From assembly GCA_000934665.2 (NCBI GenBank), contig KZ538075.1, forward strand, positions 62,001-126,000: a DNA stretch of 64,000 nucleotides, in the 5' to 3' direction. This document shows positions 27,061-41,484 of the stretch, piece by piece. The first letter of the stretch is position 1. Each line of letters begins with the position of its first letter. The DNA is from Catajapyx aquilonaris. Its lineage: Eukaryota. The notes beneath the pieces were generated by a model. That model was not told where the DNA came from. It saw only the letters and a program-made list of their open reading frames with translations, and did no database searches. A program made the translations under genes and the position numbers.

Positions 27061-27738
27061 CAAATCCAAGCCAGGACTGATTTTCAATGAGACAGTAGTT
27101 GCCATAATGTCCCCCAAGGAAACCTGTTCCCAACCTCCCACCCGCAGCAGTCAGCCAGCAGCATATCATCCTGAGCTTTTTTAGCCAACAGACACGCGCA
27201 TTTGGGTCACCCCCACCAGACCATATGTGGGCACATGTGGTTGTGGCAGTTTCCTCAACCACAAGCTCTTGTCCACTTTCCGGCCCGTTTTTTCTCCCGT
27301 CTCCTGGGCGGATCAGGACTCCCCGAATCAGGCGGGATACATTCTTTCTCTCTCATGTGCAAAGGCAGGAAATAGCATCCTCCCCTTTACCATCCCTCCC
27401 ACCACCACCACCACACACACACTGGTAGGCCTATGTCTCCCATATATTTCTAGCAGACGTGTGTGCAGGCTGCTGGTTTCTGCCACGGCCAAGTTCAGGG
27501 CCGTCGCCACACCCTTTTCAGACTGGGGGAACACAAGACTCGGAATAGAACAACCTCACGCGTGTGATATGTGATGGTGGTATTAGGCAACACTGGTTCG
27601 CACCTGGACACCACCTTAACCCGTGTCCTTGGCCTCTAGCAAGGCGGGCTACGACTTGGGCCCTCACCGTGTCTGATGTCATTGTTTGTGGGGTCCACCA
27701 TCCCCCGACATCACGAGCTGCATTACAGCTTATTCATG

Positions 27739-27739
<1 letters not shown>

Positions 27740-27771
<32 letters not shown>
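27740..27771. repeat. (CT)16 microsatellite
   Basis: Perfect CT run read directly from the sequence. Confidence 0.95.
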
Positions 27772-27775
<4 letters not shown>

Positions 27776-30700
27776 CTGAAGAATGGTCGCCGCTCTTTCT
27801 TTACTTCCCAGGACCCCCCGACTCTCACTTTCATACGATACGCGCCGGAAGTTTATGCCTAGGCCCTCAGGGGGGAAAGTTGAATCGTGAGGATTGCGCG
27901 TGAAAATGGGTACCAACAGACATGCCGTACCGGTATGGTGCACCATATTACGGTATTGTATACATAACTTCCGGTGGATGTGACGTGGCTAAAGAATCGG
28001 GCCTATTATTTCAAACCGCCTTATACCCCCCACTTTGCTTTTTCCTGGACTTTTGGGTTGGTGCCAAGCACACCAAAACCCCCTACCCCTCTACCTTTCA
28101 TTTCCACGATTGGAATCGCCGGTGCCAAACAAAAGAGCCCGGGAAAAATGGGTATACAGGGAGGAAGGTGACCTATAACCCATCATAGGCGTTTTGTGGG
28201 TGGTGGAAAAGGAGGAGTCACCGTGGGCGTTCCGCACTTTTTTTTTATAATTTTTTTTAAAGGGCTGGGGAGACTACTAAGCTAGGGGGGTTATGATGCA
28301 TGGTCTGTGCCAGGTGCAGGGGATCATCACTCATTGGATCGCACAAAAGGCGCTCCCACTGGCCATCTTTTCAGTTTGACCAGCTTGAAAACTCCAAGGT
28401 AAAAAAAAAAAGTCAGATCGGTCCTATGTGTCGCCACAATTGGAAGGGTGTGAAGTCTATACACCTCGGGCCCGCAGCCAGACTCATCCTTACGTTCCAG
28501 GCTTCCACGTGGTAGATCGATGGGGGTGGGTGGAGAGCGGGGGAGGACCGGCAAGATTCAACAGGTTTACCCGGGGGAATTCCCTCCATATGTTTATACA
28601 CGTATTCCAAGCCTCATCATTTGATCCGAAAATGTGGGCACCACTCGCAAAGCCGACTTTTCGGCCGGCAATTAAAATAGATTGGGCATTTTTGTTCCCA
28701 CGTGGCAACAAGGGTTGGCCACTATCCAAGCGGCGGGGTTTAAAAAAGAAGAGGCTCTCCTGAAGAGAGTTGGATGTTGCAGAGACCCCCCCCCCTCCCT
28801 ATTTTTTCTTCTATGTCTCTGCTTCTGTTTCCACGTCCGTCTCGGTCCGTCCTCTGGGTCTCCTTCCCACTGCTTGAGGGGTCGTCTCTGGGAGGCAGCC
28901 AGCAGCACATGCTTTCCATTCGTTCAAGGATTTATCATCCGAGCGAACACTATTTGCGTTTCAATTTTTTTGTTATCCGCCATGCCAGATCATGAGGGCG
29001 GGCGTCCAGGTGTGAGCAGGCAGCCCACAAGGTGTGTTTGTATCAGAAACGATAGGGGCGAAGTGGTCGTATCGATGGGGATGGTCAACATGGGTGTTGC
29101 ACAAACAGTCTTGATGAAGGAGGATAGTACCGGCGCCGAGAATCCAGACTCATTCAGCCAGCGGCGTCACACTTTATTACGTGCAATTTGTCACGAGTAT
29201 ATTTATCCGCACATGGCCACGACTTCATAACAACCCGATGGACATATCTCGGACAATAACTTAGTCAAGATCGTGGCCCCTTCCTTGGATCGACTCATTG
29301 GTGGGTGCTAGTCAAAAGTGGGTCCGCATCGGTGACGTCAAACCGAAGAAACCAAAACTGCGTTCCAACCCCAATTTACTGCTGCCATAGTTTGCGTCAG
29401 AAATAGTAAACACACGCGCCAGATCCCTTCTGCTACCAGATGTTTTGCTGGCGAACAATGCAGGAATACCCCAGACAATTGCACCCATTTTTTCCCTCTC
29501 CCCTTGCATGGTACGGACTCGCTCTTTGAGTACGAGTGTCCTCCACACGTGTGTACCGACCTTTCTCCTTGCCCCCTTCACCAGTGACCAATTAGCCCCT
29601 AATCGCATTCGGCCCCGCCTGTCACTGCCCATGTGGGACCAAATAGATCAAGCTATAGCCAGCAGACACCCTTCTGCGAGCCTATCCCAATCTATTTTTT
29701 TTCCTCCCCCACTCCCCCCACCCTACTCCCAGCAGCCTCCTTCCCTGGTACATGATGCTGGCGGCCGGCGCCTGATTGAATTTGGTCAGCCGCTTATTGC
29801 GGACGATCAGCTCCCATTGCGGATACAAGTTAGGGTATTTATAGTCCCACCTATTCTTTTACCCTCCGTTTCCTAGGCGACCAGAAACCCGATCCTTATT
29901 CCAAATGGACACCGCGACGTCTTTTGTATCGGGTATTGTCTAAAAAAAAAGGAACCGGACTCCCCGAATGGCATCGAGGATCGGGAATTAAGCACGGAGC
30001 AATAGCGGCTTGCGGTAGAAAAGCTGCTCAATGTTCGCCATGGGGATAACAATGCGGCAGAACTAAGGAGCGGATAAAATGAAAAAAAAAAGAACCAGGG
30101 AGGATTAGCGTCTGGCGCCTTGGGAACCCCGCGAAGAAAATGGTCGGAGATGTACGGGCGATTGTGGTGCTTGCCAGTCTCCGAGCAGGCTGTGAGTGAC
30201 AGCAAAGTTGTAAATAAATTCCTGACGTATAGAATGACCGAGCAGTCATCCCTTGACGAGGGGCGTGGGATGGGTGCTATAGAAGGTCCGGTTCTATTTT
30301 GGCATTGGCACGCTTTGCTGCGAGAGAGCCGGAAGCTGCGAGGCACGCAAGTGGACAGCCTGACACTTCAACCTGGCGTGTGAGGACCACTTCATGTTCC
30401 CTGCCAGCTTTTTAAAGCCAGCGTCCTCCCCTTTTTACAATTTTTTTCAACCCTGCTCCCCCACCTCCTCCACCCCCCTGGCGGAGTACAAGCTCTGCGT
30501 GCCTGCTACTAATTAAGGTTACCTGCATAAGGTGAGGATGGGATTCCCATAGTGGCAGCTTCTGATTGCGACCATTATGATATTGAAAATTTACATTGTT
30601 GCTAGGTAAATTGAATCCCGAGGATTTACAGAGATAAGGAGGAGCGCGATGATTTATTTTCCGCGTTTTATGGTGGCGGACCTGGCTACCTGTCTCCATA

Positions 30701-31925
30701 ACTTTGCGGTCCAATCGTTCATATTGTAAAAAGCTTCTCCCCGTGTCTGGCCCCCTTTTTCTTCTTCTTTTGCATCCCCTTGAAGGAAGCCTCGCGTGCG
30801 TTGCAAGCTTCTTCTTCCCTCGAAGGGCAGCACCGCAGACCATCATCATGTCATTACCAATTACACGACGGGCGCACACCCATTACCTTAATTATTTCGT
30901 ACCGCTGGCTAATGCAAGTTGGACCTTTTACGTCTTGGTCTGTATGTGTGTATATAGCCTAAGGCCAATTTACTTCTTACTGGACTTCCAGCATTGTTCT
31001 TACGTCATCAACCTGCTCCATTATGCCAGGTAAATACGATGTGTAGGAAGTATTTAGTTTCAAAGGTTGTTCAGGTTCTGAACTGTCAGGTAGTGTGACA
31101 TAGGCATGGGAGTCCGAACAAAACCGAGAGCAAAAATGCGATAGGAGTGAAGTAGGTGTGGTGTGGGGGTCCAAGCAGGAGAGGACCGAAGGACCACATC
31201 AGTTGCGTGGGGCTTTTATAGAATAGAGGGCCAGATGGCCCAACCGCTTTTCCACGAAGGCGTCCAGTGGCCACTTGCGGAAGAGCCAAATTGAGCCGGG
31301 CCTAGGGAGGAGGGATGGAAAAAAAAGCATGGTTGATGCTCCAAGAGGGGAGGGACTTTGAAAACGGAGCCATTCAATAGGCAGCACCAGTGTTCGATAT
31401 TCACAATGGTACTGCGGTTCAATTTTTGTTGAAAAAGCAGCGGGGGAAGTTGTGTGACTCACATGTCTTGCAAAATGCTCATCTTCGAATTGGGTCAGAG
31501 TTCGGCCATGACGGAATAGGAATGTTGGTCTAGCTCTACGGTGGTTTTTAACCTCCTGGCTTAGCCTCCCATCACCTCTTCTCCACGGCCGTACTGGTCA
31601 AGGGTATAAATAGCTCCACCTGCAAGCTGTTGGCAACGTCCACGGCCCATTTCAAGCCGAAGGCTGTGTATCTTTCAGGAAGATATTACTCCTGTAGGGT
31701 ACGCGTCGTATAACCTTCGGATCGTGTGGCCAAGTGACTTTTCGAGACGCATGTTTTGCTGACTAAGCTACACTTGCCCTCTCTTGCAGAGAATTTTTGC
31801 TAAATTAACTGTCAAATAATATTATTTTGGTGCAAAGTGTGCTGGCGGTTTTGGTACTATGCCTGCTGGATGTGGTCAGAACATAGCCACCGTGACGACG
31901 GTTTGCTCGAGCTGCTGCCTTTTCC

Positions 31926-32545
31926 TTCAGAAGCCAAAAACTCCTCCCTGCCAACACGCAAGGGTCATCCGGTGTCCAAGATAGCCGAGGGCGTCGCCGG
32001 AGGTCCTTAACACCGAAAAAAATTATACATTGAAAAAAAGAGCACGGCGGAAACGTTGGCGCCGTCCTTGCTTTCCGCCAAGGCGACGGAGATGACCGCC
32101 ATCGATGCAAATTGCCATTACAATGGACATCCGCCCCGCCGAGAAGGCCTTCATCAGGTGGGCCACACAAGAACGTACCAGGTGACTCACATGTCGATGA
32201 CAACAAGCGGGAGAGGGTAAAGAGAGTCCAATGCAAATTGATGGTGCTGACATACGAATAAGGATGGGCTGAGGGAATCCCAACCGGGACCCTTCCGAGG
32301 AATATGAATACCAAGAGGCTATGGCTGGTGTCTTTGGTGAAGGATTGCTCTCTGGGTGGAAAGGAGGTGTCCATGGCCCCGACCCTTGCCCTCGAAGGAT
32401 GAAAAATATTTTGCGAGTCAGCGACCTCCCTTATCTCGTGGGCTGCAATATCCTTTAGAGAAACTAGACATTTTTCAAGTGATGGTATTACTGCGTGGGC
32501 GACAAAGTCTAACATGGAAATAGTTCTCATGCAGTCGACAGCCCA
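31926..32545 (+). mobile_element. Decayed PIF/Harbinger transposase relic
   Basis: NVGAVLAFRQ (~VGD..GISQ) comes first. One frame then reads FIRWATQE...IDGADIRI (D at 32240, 27 codons after W)...SGWKGGVHG (32351-32377, ~GWPGSVHD)...YLVG, with YPL in the next frame (~YLVGDAAYPL). Confidence 0.45.
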
Positions 32546-35500
32546 CCTCAATTCCTGGCTCTCTTACGAGTACTGCACACGGTTAGTCCCTCAAGATAAA
32601 CATGTTGGACATTCCGTGATTGTCTACACTCTACAGTAAGAGCGGCCGGTACCTCCATCAGAGCTATTCGAATCAATACAGGCTATACAGTTATGATTGT
32701 TTGCAGGATAATGTGACTGATAAGTGACGATAAAGGCTACATTTTTTTAGTTCAGATTGGAGTCGGGTGGGGATAAAGGGTGCTGGGAGTTCTGAAATAC
32801 AACTAAGCCATATCATAATATACATCAACCTTGCACTTATGGCTACAAGCACGTCATCTTAGACACATTTCAATGTTTCTTGTCCGTTATCACCTATTTT
32901 AGGCCTATTTCAGTTTAAGTTTATCTGTGCGTGATAAATAATCGCCGGTAATAACACAGTATTTACCAGATTAGAAGCATGACAATCGGCGCGCAAATAA
33001 AAATTGGTAGACCTGCACTGAAAACTGACAGCACTGTACAATAATAATTATATTGCTGATCCATCAGTAGTTGTCAATATAAATAAATGGCGCCGACTGT
33101 AATGTTGTAATAGCCCGCTACAGTTCGAACGTGTGCAAGAGTATGTTGCCTTCAGTTGCGAGACACCAAGGGATTACTGCAGAGAGAATACCTACATACT
33201 GGTAACAGCAAGATTAGCGGGATATGTGAAGACTTGTTTTGTGGAAGAGACCCAGTTGATTTCTCACGCACGTGGTTTGCAGTTAATGACAGGCTCCAAA
33301 TAACATCTACATGTGACGCCGAGCTTCATCTGACGTGACTCAAGCGGTGTACAGATGTGGGAAAGAAAACATGCAAATGCTATCATCTGCAATGAAAACA
33401 AGTCGGAAAAATAGGAAACTTGCGACAAACGACGCTGGACCTTACGCAACATGCAATTTCCCGAATTACATTCAATAAATAAACCACACCCTATACCTTG
33501 GTTTACTGGTCACTATTGTCTCAGCCTGATGAAAGTAGCCGAAGAAGGCCGTAATCTCCGGTAATCTATGTACTCATTATATAGGGTGAATTGCGACTGC
33601 TCACACCAGATTGATAAGACGGCTTACCAGCTTAGAGAGACCAGATTAGCACGGTCTGCAATGATGACCTTATGATATGAACAAAAGTCGCGCACATAGT
33701 AGGCCAGTGTTCTGGACCTAGTCTGGTCTGCTAAGGCACAGGTTGAAGCAGCCTCGAAGGCCACGTCTGGTGCATCTTAGCCCGTCTCATCCATCAACAC
33801 ATTCCTCTTTTTTTTTTCTTCACCCTTCTCATCCTCCCCCTTCCGACCACAAAAGGTCTGCTGTGGGGTCAGGGCAAAAACAGCATACTGACCGAAGGGG
33901 GGGGGGGGGGGGGGGANGGGGGGGGAGGCAAAGATTTACAACCCCCGACATCCCGAGTGGTCCGGTCCCTCTGGTTCGTCTCAATACTTCCTAGCAGCTC
34001 CTCCCTTTCTTCCTGCCAGCCCAATATGTCAACACTGAGACTGGGTCCCACAAAAGTTGCGCGGTTGAGTCCCGATCGCTTATTTAGTGGACCACTTGTT
34101 TTGCGGTCTGCCCGACACCAATTTTGTGGCCTGGGTTGCATTTGTTGCCCATTTCTTTTTGGGGGCCCTGCGACGACGTCCATGCCAGTCCATAAATCTT
34201 GGCAAGTGACCCGAAGGGGACTGAAACTTTTGGCCCGGGGACCAGAAACCGGAGGACTCTCTTTTCTGTGTGGAGCTCTCCCGCCTCCTGTTTCTTCCAA
34301 AAGGGACATGAGGTCACTTCTAGGAATTAGTTACTGGCGGCTCTAACTGGAACCTGTTAATTGCAAAAGCGCAAAAAAGACCAGTCTTGGCCGCAAAGTT
34401 TATTTTGAGGACGTTGACAAACTGGAGGAGATATGTCTTGGTCATTGGCTTGCAGCGCACTTGTCAAAGCCATCTTAATGGTATTGGCAAATGGCAAGCA
34501 GGAAAGCTCATTATTCCTAAGAGATTACCTTTTCAGCCTAGAACTGACCCTGGCCCCCTTTTTCCCCCTCCTATTTTTTTCGAAAAAAAAGAGAGGAACA
34601 AGCGGTGCAGAACAGTTTTGGACATTGTTGTGTCTGGGATTCAGTATGGGTGTGAGGGGGAAACTGGCAGAGATGATCGTCACGAGCATCTGCTGGCTGG
34701 CTGCTCATCTTCCATCAAAGTAAAATATGCGCCAGGGATGCGTCGTGACCTAGTGACCCCACCACATTTCTGTCATTTCAAAAAAAAAAAATCTGACTCT
34801 ACAGGTTCTGACCATCTGGATCTGCACTTGATCCTTGAGACGTGGACAGAGTGTTTTTTCCCCCCGACTCGTTTTTGCTCGTCGGCAGGTCCGGGCCTCG
34901 AGGTCAAAGGTGACGCCCGCACACATGGTCACTGTCATGCTCCCCGCCGATGCTGCATGACTGCAACCCAAACATGGGGGAGGGCATGGGGCTAAAAGAT
35001 CACCCTTCTTGGGAGCGTGAGAGGTGGACGAGTAGAAGACAAGACAGGCGGTCTTCCAGTTACACTCATTATTCATAAGTGCCTCTTTTTTTTTTAAGAA
35101 ACCTGGCTGGTAAGCATGTAACTATATTGTCCCGAAAGAGCCTGCCTTGGGGCATCGGTCCCGGTACCTGACCCTACCAAGTACACGTCGTGGGTGCCCA
35201 AGTCTATGGCATTTTCTTCCCTCTTTTTCGCTTTCCCTTCCTCTTTGCTCTTAATCTCTGTCTTGTTTTCCCCCCGTGTCTGAAGTGAGACCGGGAATGA
35301 CAGGAGACGGGCTTGATGGCGTTAAGCTTCATGACCCAGTTGGCTTGGGTGCAGAAAGAAGTTTGAGGAAGTCTACAGCCTCTGAGTTTGAACAGTTGCG
35401 AATATCAGGACGCAATTGTCCAAAAAGGGGCTGCGACCTCTAATAGGGTTTTAAATTATCAAAATAAAATGTTGTCCAAAGTGTCGACCCAGTTGTTGCG

Positions 35501-38500
35501 AAGCACATGTGGATTCGTGTGCCATTGACTCCAAAAATTGACCTTGACAGTGGTTGGGAAGGACCCCGGCGTCTTTGCTCACATTATCCACATGGCTGCT
35601 GCTAGTGTTGTAAAGTAGAGCAGTTTGAGTAAACAGAGCTGGAAATTTTTGGCCAGTGGCCCACAGCAGGCTAGTCGGTCTACTAACATCTGATCCCCGG
35701 GCCAGCAGACGATAAATCGTTGGGTCGGCTCATGACGTTGATCACTGCTCTTCCTCCTGGCTGCATCGTGTCCGAGCACGATCATGGAGCACGAAAGGTC
35801 CAAGTTTTCTCCGAGTCGGAGGAAAAAGAGGGGTGGGGGGCAATGGCATTCATTACCAAATAAATCAATCTCAATTTTGGCCAACAGTCGGAACTCTTTC
35901 TTTGGTTTGGTGCACGAAGAGCACGAGAGGGGTTGCTTCAAAGGTTACGACGAAAAGGATATGGTCAGTTTGGCTAATTTCGGTCTAGGGAGGTCGTTAA
36001 CTTTATATGCTGCATCAACCCCTCCCTACCCCTCTCTCCCAACCCAGGCCCAAAAAGCAGGCCTGACAATGCAATGACTTTCATTTGATAAACTTTGCAA
36101 TTCCCGACATTTTCACCCGCATCAACCAGATCATTATGAATAATGCAGTTGAGACCGATTTATGCATTCTGATGAGGAACAAAAGAGTTGGCTGCCTTTT
36201 GGTGTGTAATCGCCTCCTAATTTGAAGCTTGATATGGTCGGAATTCATTAGGAGGGCACTTGAATGAAAACGCTCCAGTCACTTCCGCCACTCTTTTTTG
36301 ACTTACTCATCCTCACCTACATGGTAATATGGACTCGTTTGGAAAGGGGGGGAGGGGATCCCCCCCCAGCTTTTTTAAATATCACAATCGAATGCAAACC
36401 ACTGCATTGTGACAAAAAAAAGGTCAATGACAAGTGGCTTGTCTCTCCCTGTACTTGGACTGGCAACGCCTGGTTCAAAAAATGAATTCCTATGCAATTT
36501 GTTTTGCAAACACACTCAAACGAGTTATACCGGATATTCAGTTTTCCTCCCGTCAATATTACAGGTGTACATAATGAGTTACGGATCCAGCGTTGTTTAA
36601 TAACTATTTGGCCCACGTAACATCACAATAAAGTAATTTATTTCTCCAGAATTTGGGGGAATGCATCCATCAGAAGTGGACTAATAACAGCATAAAGAAG
36701 GGGGGCAATCCAGCAGACCGATCTAAAAGCACAGGCCTTGAGGGGGACCACCCAAACGAAAGGGCAGCCACCGCCCTTATAACTTTGCACCTTCTGGCCA
36801 TTTTTACTCCCTGGGCTCAACCAAGGCCAAAAACGAGCTATAGGGTGGACTCCAAAAATGAAAAAAAGAGAGAATGCATCCTATATCACTTATTCCCAGT
36901 TCTAGATAAAGATCATTTCTTGGGCTGGACATTTGGCTAGTGACCGTGCGACCAGATCCGGTTATTCTGGACCTCGCATATCCCGTTGAGGAATTCCGCT
37001 TGGACCGTCTTCCACTTTTCGCACAAAATTTCACGCATCCGGCTTGTAAACAATTGAATTCGGTGCAGTTGGATGAATGGTGGGGGTGAGTTGTTGTAAA
37101 TGCCGGTCATTGAATTGGGTGGGGGGTGAAAACAATATGGATCCAAAATGTAAAGCGGAATTGCATAAGGACAGATGGGAAACGACCGGGAGTGAAGGTC
37201 AGTTATTTAAGTGGAAAGGAGTTCCAGAGATTTTACCTATTTTACAGGCAATTAGAAAATAAACGAGAAACAGCAGGAAACGTCATCTTGGGCACACATT
37301 TTTCCGCATTCTTGCCAGAGCCAACCATTTGCAATATCGAAATGGCCGGAAGGGACATTTTGCTGACTATTTTTCTCCGCCGCCGGCGGTGATACTTTAT
37401 TCATTCAGATGTCAACTTGCTTCGTCACGTTTCGAAGCCTTGTTTTTATTTCTCTTATTTACAGGCATGGGATTTTCCGACCGACTTGTGGTTGGGTGTC
37501 GCCAAGATCTGTGTATATCCCAGCGGGTTTTAAAAAGGGAGACGTGCATTCACTCGCCGACAGGCTCCCACAAATACCAAACACATCCGTCTAATTATTC
37601 ACATGTCCTCTTATGCACGTGAACAATGTAAAAAGCGCCATTTACCAGCGGTAACGCAGTTGAAAAATGATTTTAGCTGGAAGCTTGGCAAAGGCATTGT
37701 CTTAGGCCGCAGCTTTTCTTTCCCCGTTCTCTGTTTTTCTTCGGGCCCAGAGTTGGTGGAGGGGAGGGGGAGGGGGAGGCTGCTGCCATAAAATATTACC
37801 CTTCCAAAGTCCTCTGTCACATTGCTTTTACGGAAAATGTGGCCTGATTGTGAGATATGAGTGCACGGCGCGGGAACGGTTATTAAATTATTGGCCAGAA
37901 AATCAGATAATTTTGCATACTTGAGGGGAGACATTAATTTGCTCAGATACCTATTAGACAAATGAATTCTTGCCTAGTGGCGAAAGGAATGCGGCCATTT
38001 TTCCAATTGTCGCAAGCATTATGTAAGCAAGTGCAATGATCTCGGATTGCATCACCACCGCAAAGGTGAAAAAAATTAACACGTCAGCCCTCCATCAGCA
38101 AGGTGTTCAAGGTAAAAGCGAAATTTTTTTTTGTTCAGACTTGACTCGCTGGGGCGTAGCAAGTCGAACCGGTAGACATTGGCAAGCAAAGCACATATTA
38201 ACCAGCGTGAGTGATCGATAATTGATTACTTTGAGCATAATAAAGCGCAGTGACTTGGATTTGCTGTGGTTGATGTAGGAAAGGTTGGGGGAGCCAAGGC
38301 GACGCCACGCTCCTAGAGAAATGGGGGAAAGAGGGAGGTCGTAATTAAGTCCTCCCTGCCATCAGGGTGTAGTTATCAAAAGGTAAGGAAGCCATTTACA
38401 TTGCGCACCTGTTCTTGAAAGGCTGTGGTGAGGCGCTTCTAAGAACGAGGAGCCGCGCAGCAGTGGAGCTCCTGCACTTTGATCCCAGGACGAACGACAA

Positions 38501-38693
38501 AGGAATCATTTTGAGAAACCTGCTGCTTCCTTGAGAGTTTGGAGACCCCCAATGCGTGCGCATGCTCTGGCCATTTCAATGCTCACTTGCAATATACACT
38601 CAACTTGTTCGGACTGGCCTGAAAACAGGTCTGAGCCGGCTTATAATTACACGGACAGTATTGGTTATTGATGGATCCAGATGATTCCCGGGG

Positions 38694-39090
38694 GTGGAAA
38701 AAATATGGCTGATTGTGGTGGTTGGGCTTGGGTGTCAAGGTTACATGACGGATAGGTCTTGGGGTCCTAATTTTGGAAAAGGAGGCCCTAGGCTGGGAAA
38801 ACATCTTTATTCTTCCGCACGGTTTTCCAAAAGGGAGCATAATATCTGGACGGTGGTGCTGGCGACTTTTGCTGACCCTTCTGAATGGTTCCGGTGATTG
38901 GCAGGGACTCTCTGGCTGACCAAACACTTGGGTGCTCAAAGAAGGACCTCCCTGGCACCACAAAAGAATGGCCCCTTCGCCTTTTGCGACGGCTCGTTCT
39001 GTAAACAAGTCCCCGAAGCGCGGCTCTTTTGCCAGCCAAGCTTGGAGACCGGCGGGAATTATGGTTTTATGGGTATGAGTAGAGGGGACC
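38694..39090 (+). mobile_element. Decayed PIF/Harbinger transposase relic
   Basis: Two adjacent in-frame ORFs read SWGPNF..GPRLGKHL (~W.FPN..GALDGKHI), VVLATFADPSEWFR (~IVL.A.AD...F), PFAFCDGSF (~P..F.GD.AF) and MSRG (~LSRAR). Confidence 0.4.
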
Positions 39091-41484
39091 TCAACCTTAT
39101 AAGGTCACTCCTGCTGTGGCTGATTCAAACCATGTGCATGTAGCCGATCCAGAAGAGGTTCGATGTTGGCAGGTACCAAGATGCGTGACCGCTTGGCTTC
39201 CGGAGAGCCGGTGCTACTGCATTCAAACCGGTCGCAATTTTTTGGGGCCATCCCCTGTTACCTTGAGAAAATGAAGTTATTTGGCAGCGGAAGGTGGAAC
39301 GTGACCAATTGCCTGTATTGCATATTAAAAGCGAAAATGCGGCCAGGTAGGGTCATAGGCGTGAAAAAGGTCGGCGGACTCTGTAACTATCAAATCAGTG
39401 GTCATTATTATTAGTAAGAAAATCAGGTTTTGAGAAGCAAAAGAGACCAAATCTTGAAGGGAAGTTTCGTGTTCTTGACTCTTCCCAATCTAAAGAGTGA
39501 AGGAGAAGAAGGCGCTAGAGTTACTCGCACCCCGCTCGCAAATGAGTTTTAAAGCTCACGAAAGAGTTTTCCTCTTGTTTGGCCCCGAAAATGGCATTAC
39601 AAAATGGAGTCTTGCGCAATTGGGTCAATGTGTTAATGGCTTCCCCACGCCCTGGAAAGGAAGACTCTTTTTATTATTATTCTTCCTCCTCCTTGAAGCC
39701 AGCAATCTGGCGTGATTCATAAAATCAGCACGAGCCGGCTGGATATATATAACAGCGGGTTTTACAAATTCCTAGCTTTTTGCACATTTCTTTACTCATT
39801 AACTTTTCTGCCAAAGGCAAGTAGACTAATGGCGAACATTTTATCTCAAGGTGAAGGTCTCCCGCTTCCTTTTCCCTCACTCGGCACATCTCGTTAATTC
39901 GCCAAATGAGGAAGTGTTTAGCCCGCTTTGTCATCCGCATAGGTGACGCTGCAGATTTGCAAACAACAACAAACCATCGAATTGCCATGAAATATTTTAC
40001 TCGATTGCGGGTGTCCGCAGAACGTAATTGCAGTCGTTTGTTTAATGGCAATAACATCATTAGCCAGCAAGGGAAGCATGCGACATTAAAACAGTGGGAT
40101 TACGGACCCAGGGTGGTGGGGGGTGGGGGAGGGGGATGGCACACCATTCGTCTATGCGACTAATTAATAACCGGGTGGGAATGAACCGATCATAATCTTC
40201 ACCGCAAACTATATAAGATGTGACGCCGGCCTGTGTTAGTTCCCTAATAGCCATCCATCTCTAAGCCCTGGCACGGGAAGCCTCCAAGATTTCAATGAAT
40301 CGCGATGCCATATCGACCCCCAGCCCGTACCCCAAACGCGCAAGTCAATTATTGCAATATTTACACTCGCGTCTCCAAATAATTCGAGTCACGCTGTGGG
40401 GACCAGACTCAAGAACTCCGTTGTCGGCCAGGGCATAATCGGGGCTCCTCTCATGACAAAATCTGCCCGTCCCGATATGAATGGACAGAGATATCAGGCC
40501 GGGCTTTGAAGATCGGCCCTACCATATGTCGGCTTTACACCCCCGCCGATCCCCCGTCTTATCTGCTCATTTACTTGATAAAGGGACGGACCCGTACTCG
40601 CCACCACGGGCAGGAAATGAATTTCGCACGCCGATTCTCCTGTCCTCTCGCGGGGTCCGCCTCTGAAGAAGAACCTGCCTGTTGCATTCCAGAATTGCGG
40701 CAACGCACAAGATATTCAGAGTCGAGCAAAAAAAAAAAAAAAAGGCACACCCCCCTTAGAAAAAAAAGAAGATTATAGACTGACAGACTTTCCAAAAATT
40801 TTGCAGGCGCCCTTTTTGTGGAAACTTTTTGGGAAAAGTTGACCTCAATGTAAGGAGCCCTTCTCCGTTATCAAATTATCTCCCTTATAAAGTCAAGCTT
40901 GTGATATCAAAGTGCGTCGGCATCTTTAGACAGATCGGAATGCCGAACGCGGCAAATTGCTCCCAGACTACAACTTCCAATTACACCGAAGTGACCTGTA
41001 ATATTCATTACCGGGAAGGAGGGAGGGGGCGCTGTCCACCAAAAGAGGCCAAAAGAGTACTTACATTCATTCCCATTGGTGGGAACCCAAAAAAGTGTGT
41101 GTCCACCCTGCGTCCAGTGTCCAGTTTGGATCAGGGAGAAAGAAAAAAGCGGGTTAAAGAGCAAGTCAGACGGGGGAACAGGGAGGTATAGACACGTTCT
41201 TATTTGCATAACAAGAGGCATCGAATAAACCATGGCCCCGCGAGTAATGAGCGTGATCCCGAAGAAAAAATCGATAGCCGGGGTCTCATTATGCAACGAG
41301 GATTTCGCCTCGGTTAATCTAAGGAAATGCGCCAGGGAGAGAGAAGAACCTCCAATTGTTTTTATCGCGGTGTCGAATATCGGCCTGGTTTTTCCCTCCC
41401 TCTTCTCTACCGCCTTTTGATTGTTGATGTCCAACTTGCAAGAGCCCACACCGGAGAGAAGATCTGGAAGCAGGCAGAGAGCCT

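Noticed and set aside
28880..29200. FPFVQGFI...SIFLLSAMPDH..GRPG, with similarly faint patterns at 2.5-2.8, 4.1-4.3 and 34.4-34.7 kb
   Set aside because: They are compatible with more Harbinger relics but need large deletions and are too weak to list without a search.
31603..31613. TATA-like GGTATAAATAG
   Set aside because: It is an isolated motif with no associated exon or LTR pair.
31805..32551. Longest ORF (248 aa, minus strand)
   Set aside because: It has no recognisable domain and lies antisense to a Harbinger-like relic, so it is probably a shadow ORF.
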